64,000 bases of DNA from positions 21,352 through 85,351 of the forward strand of contig DF237352.1 in the NCBI GenBank assembly GCA_000708835.1. The letters are read 5' to 3'. The position numbers and the translations under genes were made by a program. The notes below the pieces were generated by a model. It was not told where the DNA came from, made no database searches, and worked only from the letters and a program-made list of their open reading frames with translations. Position 1 is the first letter of the stretch, and each line of letters opens with the position of its first letter. The DNA is from Klebsormidium nitens (lineage: Eukaryota; Plantae; Klebsormidiophyceae). Shown in pieces: positions 35,216 to 47,200 of the stretch.

Positions 35216-38200
35216 TCATTGCCTGCCGGAACTGACTTCCACAATCTCCGGCTCGGGCCTGTGGTTGTCCGACTTCCTGATCGTGGATAGCCTATCGTCC
35301 TCCTCATACTCCGGCAGCTTCGCCTTGCCGCGCGCCTTCTTCGCCGCCTCCGCGGCCGCGGCCGCGGCTTCCTCGGGCGTTGCAACCGTCGCCGCTTCCT
35401 CTGCTTCGCTCACGGGCCTGACCATCGCCCGGGGGGTGCCAGCCGACCGCTTCTTGAAGCAGTGAACATAGACCAGGAGCGCCCCGATGACCATTCCCGG
35501 GAACCCGATCCCCATCGCAAGCGAGACCCCCAACCCGATCCCCCAGTGCCGCGCCGCGTTGTAGTGCCGGGCCGGGGGCGCTGTAACGTTCCCGCCGGAC
35601 GACCCGTTGCCGTTACCGCTGCCGCTGCCGGTCGGGACGTCCAGGATTGTCGCGTTGGTGGTGTTTCCGCGGCTCGGGGGGGATCCCACGGTGGGCGAAC
35701 TAGGCTGGGCGAGAAGGGAGCCGTCCAGTCGGAAGACGCATAAACCGGTCTGGGTAAGCGACCAGCCGTCGGCGCACTGGGAACAATCGGCGCCGGCGTG
35801 ACCGGTGAAGCAGTCGCAAACACCGGTGGAGTCGAGGCAGCGGCCCGCGCCCGCGCACGGCTGCCCGGCGCGGGCCCCCAGGGCGGGGGCGGGGCAGAGC
35901 ATGGGCACGAATTGGCAGTCCTGGGGAGAAGGAAGGAGTATGAGAGGTGGAAAACTTGAATGGAGGGCGCGAGGAAGAAATAGCGAGTTCCGATTGCGGA
36001 GAAGATGCCCAGAAATAGTGGATTTGTGTCTTCTATCTTGCCGCTTTAGATTTGGGTGAATGCAAGTAGCGAGGGGGAAAGTGGAAACGTGCTTCACTTT
36101 CGACTGAAACTTCGCGAAAGGGCGTTGGTTCATGATCGTTCTGCCAAACGCCTCGGCAGCGCGGTCATTTCATAACGACAGGAGCACTAGTATTTGCAAC
36201 AAGAAGAGCATATTTTTGATTTCCTCTCAAGAGCGATGTCAAGCATGTTACTATCAGCATTTGAAACTCGATCGGTCCGTCACAATATACCAGCTCTCCA
36301 AGAAAGAGTTGACTCATAAACTCATGATTTGAAAGGAAAATGCTGAAACCCCATACAAACTGCCCGAGCAAGGTCCTGCAATTCTGAAGGATTCCACCTC
36401 CGAAAAGCGCACCTCCCAATTCTCTCCACCCACCCAGCCCCTCACCTGGTAGCAGCAAGCGACCGGTAGGCCAGTCACCGGGTCGGTGTCATTCCCCATT
36501 GTCGCGCTTGTTCCCTGCGCGGTGCACCGTTCCCCGAGCTCGCACATGCCGTTCCCGCAGACGCCCGCCTTTTGCACGTGGGTCACGGCGGTCAGGGCCG
36601 CGCCGGACAGCCACAGGTCCTGTCCGTCGGAGTTCTGGCCGACCGACTGCAGCGGAAGAACGGAAGAGGTTGATTGAAGAGGTTTGTGCTTTTGAACTGA
36701 ACCGACGACTGAGTACTTAGAGCAGCGCCGAGCAGCCACAGGCTCTGTCCGTCGGCGTTCTGGCCGACCGGATGGAGCGGAAAACGGAACGGATGAGTTG
36801 ACGCTTTTCAGAAGGAAGTGCTGGTCAGTGAAGGATAATGCAGGGGCGCTTCGGACAGCCACAGGCTCTTTCCGGCGGAATTCTGGCCGACCAACTGCAG
36901 CGGATAACGGAACGGGTTGAATTCAGCGGTTTGAATGAAGCGACTTGCATTAAAGCGGTTTGGAACGAAGCGGTCAGCGTGGGATGAGTGGTTAAGCTGC
37001 GCCGAGCAGCCGCAGGCTTTGTCCGTCGGAGTTTCGGCCGATCGAATGCAGCGGAAGACGGACAGTGGCAAAAGCGGGTTGGATCAAAGCGTCGAACGAA
37101 GAACGAACGACGGAACGAAGGAACGAGGGATGAAACAAGAGCCAAAGACGTGATCCTCTCTGAAAGTTAAATTGGCGACGGGCTCCTTCAGGCGGCGCTC
37201 GGGTAGTCTGCCCCCAGCCAAAAGGACCCGCTTAGAGCAGGTCCGATTGGCCAAGCACGAAAAAAGGCCCCCTTTGAGATGCATCGAAAGAAGTAAGCAT
37301 CCAAAGGAGAGCACAACCTCCATTATTACGAATGCAAAATTGAGGAACTTCTTAGAGAAGTACGATTCACCCAGATAAGGACACGGAAAATGCAGTCATC
37401 TGAGAAACAAGTCGAATCATCTTACGAGACCCAACAATCAGCCACAGGGGCTCCAAGGTTTTTGTAACCACAAGGAACCAAGGTCGGATCGCAAAATGGT
37501 CCAGCCCAACCTTAATCTCAAAACCTAAAACTCTAAAACTCCCTTTACCAGCGTCAAAGCTGCTTGAGTCGCGGCCGCGTGTGTGATCACGGCTCCCGCG
37601 GTCAGCCCAACTGCGGAAACAGTGCTCTCAATGGCCAGCAGGTCGCCGTTGCTGTTATCTACGGCCATGCTGCGGACGGCGACACCCTCGAGCGCGACGC
37701 CGACCGCGGCCGCGAGCTGCAAGAGCAAAACGGGGTTTGAAGATCGGCTTAAGAATCGGCCAGCGACAGGCAGAGCGGAGTGGGACAAATTTGCAGGCGG
37801 AAGCTGCTGAAGCTTTGAACTTTTGAAAATTGCTACAGTACCTCACGAGCCTTTGTGCTAAGAAAACTTGATTGCAGATGCACTTCTTCCGATAAGCGGA
37901 ATCAGTCCCAGCCAGTCTCAGAAAAAAACTCCCGCTTTCTGTTCCCGGACTCCATGCTCAAGATTTGCAATCCTTCGAAGCTCAGACCGTTTGCCTTGAC
38001 CAAACAGAACAGCTCTTTCACGTTGACCAGACTCTTGTCACAACTTCGACCAAAGGGATTACGGAGATTCGGGTTGAAACGGAGAAGCCGAAGTCAGCCG
38101 AAGGGCTTCTCGATCTCACAAAAGTTTTGCCTGACTCTTTTCCAAAATCCTTCCTGATGTAAATAGCACGCAAGCACACAACTCAGACCGAGGGTTAGCG

Positions 38201-41200
38201 CACTAACCCGCTTCCTGAAGTCCAGCTGGAAGGGAGCGTAGTAGGCGGAGGAGTTGTCCGCGTACGGGGCCGCGCCCCCGCTGACGTCAAGCGTGACGCC
38301 CACCATGCTGACGCAGCTCGTGCCGTCACCGTCGCAGATGGAGCACTCATCCAGTTGGCCGCTGCAGAGACTCGACGGAGAGGAGTTCAGTACGGCATGC
38401 TTTTGCTTGCACCTCTGAGGCAGAAGATAAAACGGGGTAAGAAGCGAGAAGACATTTCTATTCTTCACTCTTTCGCTCCACCGCTTTGTGACCCTCTATA
38501 AGCTCAATCAGACAAGCTAATCTCCAACAAGATCTTCCGACCCTCTAAGTCCTTGCACCGAAAGCCGCTAGATGGAAAGACCTCGATCCGCAATATCTCA
38601 ATTCTCAGAATGGCACACCCCCTGAACAATAGCGGCGGCAGGCCAGATCTCTGAGGTTCCCCGAACCCCCCAAACCCCCTCACCTCGCGCAGCAAACGCC
38701 CTTCTCGTCGCGCACCGTCGCGCAGCAGCGCCCGAGCGCGTCCACGCTCGTCGACGCCCCGTCGCACACTCCGCACGCGTCCACGTGTCCGCTCTCGCAG
38801 CACTCGCCGGCGGCGTCCACGACCGCGGCCGCGGCCGCGCAGCACTGCGCGCGCGCGCCCACGACTCCCGAGAGGCAGCACGTGCCGCCTTCGGCCCCGG
38901 AGGGGATCCCTGGGCACGTGGTCGGGGTTTCGCAGAGGTCGCCCTTCCAGCCGGGGGCGCACTGGCAGAACGACCGGTTGATGCAGGTGCCGTGGCCGGA
39001 GCAGTTCTGCGGGAAGAGAGGGAACAGTGTGAGAATCTGCTACCAAGAGAAGAGCAATGCTTTTCGTTATGACGTGACCAAAACAGAAGCAAGCCCGTTC
39101 CGGCCCAGATGGCGAGTCCCTACAAAACCAGACCGAGTCTTGAAGAACGACGCGTGAATTTCGTTACAGGTCTCCCTGGAGCATCTATCCTGTATGTTCC
39201 CTCCATTTACCGTAACAAATCTCATCAATTCCATCCATTGTGTCTCCACGTTTCTCACTATGATCCAATTTTTGAGATTTCCCTGTTTCGAGATTTCTTT
39301 CAGCCTTGCGAGCATCCACTGAACAGATGTATCAAGCATCAAGCGGCTATTGCAGCCACGTTTCGGCGTCGAAGATAATGCCACTCACCTTGCAGTAGTC
39401 GCAGTTCGACGCGGTGCTCCGGCACCCCTGCGTCTCGCCGGGCTTGATCAGACCGGCGGCGTCGCAGAAGGAGCCGTCCCTCGTTAACCCTTGCTGGTCA
39501 ACGCACTCAACCACCCGGGTTTGCACGGAACTGCAGTTAGCGGTGACCGGGCAGTCGCCCCACGGGGAGGCAAGCCACGTGATCGCTTGGCAGGGCTGCA
39601 GGTTGCACGGCTTGGAAGTGGGCGGGGCACCTGCGGGGTTAAAGACTCTGGTCAGGGGAAACTGTTAAAACGATTGTTTTTGCTTGATGAGGAGATAGCC
39701 AGGCACTTTCAAAAGGGCATCTGGGAGGGGGGCAAAGATGAGAAGGAAACAGGAGTTCAGGCTTCGTCAGCGTCAGCCTTTTTAAGATATCACGGGGGGC
39801 AGGCTATTGAGGAAATTTGGGGTCTCTGAAGATCATGAAGAAGGAAGTGTTTGAACATTGTGACTGTGAACTACATCAAGATTATGAAGATCAACAGAGA
39901 CAAGGGCATCGGGGATGCCTGAAGGTAAAAGGCGCCAGAAAAACAGGTCTTCGCTTATCAGAGCCATCATCTGCTAGGCGATCCTCCAAACCGGTACTTA
40001 TCTCACTTTTCGGCACTCGCTCTCATCATACGCGCCCCATAATGTGCCACGTCGGTAACGTTTCCAGTCGCGGTATCGACGCATTGGAGCTCCCTTATAA
40101 TCACTACTCAAAGCAATGTAAGTAGTAGTAAATACTCAAGCCTTTCAAACATGTTCCAGGTCCGGCGCTCACTCTCATCATACGCGCCCCCGCAATTTGC
40201 CACGTCGGTCAGATTTCCAGTCGCCGTTTCGACGCACTGGAGGTCCCGGGTGACCGTGCCCCCGCCGCACGGCCGGTTGCACTGCGACCAACCGGGCACC
40301 GCCCAGTAGTACTGCCCGCACGCTGACGTGGCGCAGGGCTGTGACGTGGCCGGCGCGGGTTGGCCGGCGCACGCGGAGGCCTCGACGAGGTTGCCGTTGG
40401 CGTCCTGGGGGAACGGAGAGAGGCGGATTTCAGTAGCTGAATGTAGAGGCGAATTTTGTCAGGCGTATGAGACCTTGTTGATGGGATTGCCTTCCAAGAT
40501 CTTTCAGGATCTTGGGCTCAATTTATGGATTGGACTCTTGTCGTTTGAAACCATTCGTGAAAAGGGTGAAGACAGGAGGACCGGAAAAAGGGCCTCGCAA
40601 ACGGATTTCTTCACTGTGAGACCGCGAAACCGAGCACAGATCCAAAACCTCTTCCTAGATAGTTTGTCCACAACCAAAAAGGCCCGTTTGAAAGTTCGAA
40701 ATGGCTCCGAGAAGTCCTGATATTCTGATCCCCCAAACCCCGCAGTCCAAAGATTCAAGGTAACAGTTTTTCTTGTAGGAGGCCGCCTCTACAGCCGACG
40801 AGACATCACTTGCTGTTCATTCGCCGGACTTCAAACCAAGGCAGGGCAACCGCGCGCTAACAAAGCTCCCTAAACGGTCGCCGCAAACCTTACCTTGCAT
40901 TTTACTGTCTCTGTCTGTATTCCTCCGCCGCAATTCATTGGGCACTCGGACCAGAGTCTAGAAACCTAGCGACGACAAAGCAGGGCAACCGCGGGCTAAG
41001 GAAGCCCCTCGAACGGTCGCCGCAATCCTCACCTTGCACTAATCCGCCTGCGTCTGTGTTCCCCCGCCGCAAGTCACCGGGCACTCGGACCAGATTCCAG
41101 AACTCTAGCAGAAGAATAAGAGGGCGACCGCGCGCTGGAAAAGCTGCCCAGATGGTCGCCAAATTTCTCACCTTGCAGTAAACCGCCTGCGTCTGCGTTC

Positions 41201-44200
41201 CCCCGCCGCAAGTCACCGGGCACTCGGACCAGCCAGCCGCGAACCACGAGTACTCGGGGCACGCCACCTGGTTGCACGCCTGTGACGTCAGCGGCGTGTC
41301 CGCGTCGCAGTTGCTGACGTCGACGACGTTGCCGATGGTGTCCTCGCAGAAGGCCGTCCGCGTCTGCAAAGGAACGGGGGCGAGATGTTGAGAATGTATG
41401 AACGTGGGGTTGTAGAGTAGACGAGTCTGAACCAGTGAGATACGAAGTAGTAAGCTTTGACTCGATGCGGGTTTGTAGGGTGAGCGTGCACTCGGGCTGG
41501 CTTGTTTGTGTCTGAGGGGGTCTGATTCATAGATTCTGCGTGCGTGAGCTTGGTTCAAGATTCGCTTTCAAAAGGTGGAATGGACTTTTGTGCTCCATCC
41601 AGTAGAGGCACACGTCACTTGGTTGAAGGTGGGCAGCAAAGCCCTTGTAGAAAATGAATGCTCAATCACAATCCCAAAAGGTGTCCGGTGCTTAAGAAAA
41701 TCTGTAAATGGCTAGTTGATTTCAGCACACTGACGATCCGTCCAGAGTTCTAGGGCTTATGCACACGCCCGCACGTGGTGGAGCGCATTCACACCTGCAT
41801 GCCGCCGCCGCAAGACGCGCTGCACGCGCTCCAGTCGGTGGTGACCCACGAGTACACCGAGAAAAGGCCGCCCGTTCCGGGTCCTTTTCCGGTTCCGCTG
41901 GTTCCGTTCTGCTGCTTGGCCACCCAGTAGTTCCAGCGTGTGATCACGCCCTTGCTGACGGTCTGGACCGGCGCGGGAACGTTAGCGGGAACCTCGGTCG
42001 CGTTCACAATCTCGCCGACGCTGCGCGGCCAGGCCTGGCCAGACGGGGCTGCAACAGAAAAGCAGACCACTTAGGAAAATCTAAAAGTCCTTTCTGGATT
42101 TGAAAATGTAGGATGTCGAATAGAGTTCAGGATTTGAAGGTTAGATCAGTGGTATGCGGGCGTTGTACGAGTTTCATCAAAGGTACGGGGCTGGGATTGG
42201 TCGCATGGAGCTACAGTGAAGACAGGTAAACTGAAAGTCGGGATAGTGAGCCACTCTAACGCCCTGCTGCTAACAGTCAGAAATGGCTTCTACAGAAATT
42301 AAGAACTCGAAGTTGGCCGTTGGCCCCGATCTCTTATACTCAAAAGATCGGAAATAGGAAAGGCCAAAAGTTTGGAGTCTTCCAGACAAAGAGAGCTACG
42401 AGTTCCAAAATCGAATCTTTCCACCCGGTCACAAAAGCGACACGAGTGCACAAAGTGCGTGCGCTCGGCAATGCTGACGCCAGCTCACGTGGGGTTGACG
42501 TCACAATGTTGATCCCGTACGGCCCATTCGCGCCGTTGTATCCGTCGACCACGATGTAGTACGTCTGGCCCCCGGTCATGGGAAGGTTGTACATCGCACT
42601 CTGGACGTTGCAGTAGTCGTCGTTACACCAACCGGGGATGAGCGAAGCGGAACCGGAGCCGGTCTTCTGGTAGATCGCCATCATGGTGTCAAACTGGGTC
42701 GTGCTGCACAGGCGGGGAGAAAGGTATTGATATTTTGACACCACATTTAACGAAAATTAACAGTAGTCGTCGTTACACCAACCAGGGATGAGCGACGCGG
42801 TTCCGGAGCCGGTCTTCTGGTAGATCGCCATCATGGTGTCAAAGTGGGCCGTGCTGCAGAGCCGGGAAGCAAGGTGTGACGGCTTTGACACCAGTACCCA
42901 GGCAATTCGCCCCTCGAAAGTGTTGCGGTATTAGTCGTTTCGTCGATCGGTTGGGACGCGGAAGGCGGCGGGCAGAACGGTTGACAGGTTGCTTGCCTTT
43001 CAAAATAATCCGTTTGATCATCTTCGTTCGGTTTGAAACGCTGAGACCGAGCCAACCCTGGGTTTTGTGAGACCTATACTGACAGAGATTCGATCGCGGC
43101 GGTTCCTCATCGGTTTGGCGATTGATGATGACAACATTGGGCTTTGCTGAAATGGTTTTAGGGCCTGCTAAGGAGGACAATGATTCGCACTTCGAAGAGC
43201 AAGCAGGCGAGTGATTCTCAAGATTCACAGTAAACACAGGCTGCTCTTCTATCCACTCTGTTTGGCCAGCCCACTCGCGACCTGAAATCAAGTAGACTCA
43301 TTGCAGCAAAATCAGGCGTAGAACTCGAGGACGACAGACGATGGGAGCGCATTCACCTTGAGCACAGGTCGACGCTGACGCTCATGCTCCAGGGCGGTGT
43401 GAACGCGTACACAACGTCCGGCCCCGACCCGGTGCAGCCGCCGTCGTTGTAATTGTCCTGGTAACCGGTGGTTGTCCATTCGTGGTAGAACGGGAGCTTC
43501 GGGACAACCTTGGGATTGGCGAACGTGTCCCCGCATGAGCGGCAGACGTCTGCGAAACGGGGTTAAACCTCGCTTAGTTACTCGGTTAGGAAGTGGGTTA
43601 ACGAGAGGAGGACCGTTGTTGTACGACGGGAGCTTCGGGACTACTTTGGGGTCTGCGAACGTGTCGCCACATGAGCGGCAGACGTCTGGAAGAATGGGGT
43701 TATCACTTCGTTGAGAGGTTGGTTAATGCAGGGTCGACGCTCAACGACCATTCGTGGTAAAACGGGAGCTTGGGGATCACTTTGGGGTCGGCGAACGTAT
43801 CGCCGCATATGAGCGGCAGACGTCCACGAGATTGGGTTTAAAAAGGGGGTTAAGGTTCAAGAAGCGGGTTTAGAAAAGGCTGGAAACTTGGAAACCGTCG
43901 GCATGGGGGCTTGGGGACCACTTTCGGGTTGGCGAAGGTGTCGCCACATGAGCGGCAGACGTCTGCGAGACGGGGTTGAGAAGCGGGTTAATGGTTAAGA
44001 GGCGGGTTTTAAAAAGGCTGGAAGCTTAGGAACCTTCGATATAAAATGAGAGCTTGGGGAGCACTTTGGGGTTTGCGAGCGTGTCGCCGCATGAGCAGAC
44101 GTCTGCGAAATGGGGTTACGCATTGGGCTTCTCGGTTGAAAAGATGCGGTTCAGAGATGGTTCGAATCTGAAAATGGAGTTAGTTGGTCAATTTGCAAAT

Positions 44201-47200
44201 GCATGAAACGGGCGTCGGAAAGCACACAACTAGTTGCCTTTGCTTGTGAAGTTGTGTGTGGAGAGCAGAATCGGAATGGAGAACAACGATTTTGGGAATC
44301 TCACAAAACGCACTCGCCGTCTTACCCGTGTCTTGGGAGTCCAGGTAACCTTCCAGCGTGCGCATGAAACGGGCGTCCCGGCTGATGAAGTTAAACTGGA
44401 TTAGGCTGGTGTGGTCCAAGTAATCTGTACACAGACACAGGAAGAACAGTCAGTGTGAAAAGCTCAATGGCAAGAGCAGTCACCGTGGCTGTGAAGAAGC
44501 ATTATGAGGACCAGCTCGATAAGAAGAAGCTCGGCCAAAAGTGCGCTTACAGTGATTGCAGGAATGCTCGGGTTTACAAGCACCATCTCGTTATGAAGCG
44601 CGTAGGTGAGTGCGGTAAGTGTGGATCCGACGACTTTCACAAATTTTCAAAAGCATCCTTGTTTGAAAAGCTAAGGTGACGAGCACAGTTTCAATGGGCC
44701 TGTGTTCGGAAGGATTTGAGCTCGCAAGCTTTACTGTTCCACTACATAAAGATCTGACTGGCGGACAGTTGCCAGCGTCTACTGAGTCGTCCGCCTGCTC
44801 TCCAATCTTCTTTGAGCTCCGAAATGAGGTCACAGTTAGCTTAATCTCCCGCTTGGTATTTGTAAGCAGCACCTCTACGGCGCTATCCGTACGGAACACG
44901 CAGACCAAGAGAGAGTCCTACGTAGTTTCTGTACCGGCGTATCGTGACGCTTTCACGGGTCACTGGTTGCTATACCTTCCACTAAGAGTTGCTTTGCAGA
45001 AAATAAAAGGCCCAAGGCCCCTCCGCTTGAAGTACCCTGAACCCAATTGGTTACGTTGACCGCACCCCCACCCATTATATACCCCAAGCTAGCCCTACCT
45101 ATCCTTTACGCCCAAGGCATCTGTACCCGTTTCGCGGGGCTGAGTTTGATCAAGTCCGCTGTGAGAAGAAAGCCAGATTTATTGAAACTTTCAGGTTGTC
45201 ACGTGAAACAAAAAGATGGAAAAACTGCTCACCCGCCAGTCGGGGGACGGCCAAGGCCACGGCCTGCGGCGTTTGCCAGTTGCTCGAGTCGAAGGTCAGG
45301 CGAGACGGAACAAAACGGCCTGCAAGAAACTTCCGTTTTACTCTGGAGTTGGCCGTCGAAAAAGCACCCAAGATGGAGAAATCATCATCCGCAACAGAGA
45401 GATCGTGCGGTTGTGGGAGCACGCTCAGCATTCTCGGACAGTCGACTAGAAACGTCTCAGACCGTCTCAGCCTGACTTGAAGTTACAAGCCTGACGAAAT
45501 CATAAGGTGAGCTTCAAAGCATCGCTCACCAATCCCCCCGACTGTCATCGCCGGTTGCAGATACACGGGGTTCGCCGGCCGCGCCTTGAGCCTGACCGTG
45601 ATTGCCTTCTTCGAGTTCTCTGACGTCACCCAGCTGCGGGGGCTGACGTCAACCAGGGGCGAGCTCAGGCGGGTGTTCATCAGGCTGGTCGGGGTTCCGG
45701 TTCCGGGGATGGTGTTCCGGACGGTGTTCGGCAGAGTTCCGTCCAGCAGCGCCTGGCGGACTTCGGAGGGGCGCGCGTAGATGTTGGCCGAGAGGTACAG
45801 CGCGGCCGCGCCCGCCTGAAAAAGGGTTTGGGGTTTGGGGTTCGAGGATTGGGTTGCGGTCGAAAGGAGGGCGGCCGCGGCCGCGTCAAGCGGGAACAAG
45901 CTGAGATACGTTATGCGTTGGGCATAGGCAAACGGTGTGCGAATGAGAAGCCCTAAACTGGTGACCGTTCGAACAATCACCGAACCCTCCTCTGAGGATG
46001 CGAAAGATCACTTCTTGAAATCTCAAGCCTCAGGTTTCAGCCATCGAAAATACTGATTGAATTTTCGAGGGACGCCTTTAAAACTTCTCTCGTGGCTGCT
46101 ATAGCTCCCCGTTACCATCTTTGATGACCTATCTCGTGAAAAGCGTCTTCATTCTCTAGATTCCTGTACGCGCCCGCACCGGACTAGCCAAAGCACGAGC
46201 CTGAGGTTTTTCCGAGGCTTTACCACGAGCCAATTTCGCAGACATCATCACCGTACCGTGGTAGCGAACAAAAATTCCATCTGGCTTCCAGCCACAAGCA
46301 ATCAAACGTAAACCCGAAAGGCTTGGGCAAGCACTGAAAACGCGCGCGCGCTCGCTCACCACGAAGGGGGTCGCCATGGACGTTCCGCTGAGGGTCACGA
46401 TTCCGGTGTCGCTCGCGTAGCTCGCGCTGTCGATGTCCTCGCCCTGTGGGGAAAGAGGCGCGACGGTTTAGTTTGCGGTTAAACGTAACCTCCCAGAGGT
46501 AGTTCTGATAATCCAGGGCGCTCAGCAACTCTATGCTCTATAACACACCGTCGTAACAACGTTAAGACTGTTATCTTCTGCAGCGAAACGCTTTGATAGA
46601 TTGGTTGTAAATTTGGACTGAGAGAGCGTAACTTCTGCCGATCCAGTCGAAGAAGTAGGGGTCACACTCGACTCTGTATCCACCTGTAGGGGCTTGGGAT
46701 ATGCTCTTTCCGTTTGCATCAAGATCAGGCCACACGTTACCTGGAATACGAAGAGTGATTACGCCACCTGCTCTTCCTAGGACTGGGCCGTGATAGCCAG
46801 GTTGAAACAAGGACACGATTTAAACTGAGATGACGGCGGAAGAATGTCGAGCAAGCTGCGCAGCTTACCGGCGCGAAGAGCGTGGTGCACGAGCCGTAGT
46901 TGGAGAACCAGCTGATCGAGTCCGCGCGATTGGTAGCGCCCACTGCAATCACCGACTGCAGAAAGAGTGGAAGCGGGTTTGACCTTTAACATCAAGAGAT
47001 CCGACATCAGAGGCCGTTCTATTGGTATGGCCCACCCTTGGGTCGTCTAGGCCTGAGGAACTGAGTTGACGACCGCATGTCAGGATCAGACTGGCGTTTC
47101 TTGTGTAACGAGTAAGATTTACGTTCCGGGCAGCGCTGCAGAGTATGCGGTTTGCGGAGTCAGGACAAACACATCAGTATAAGTGTCCAAACGGAACGCT

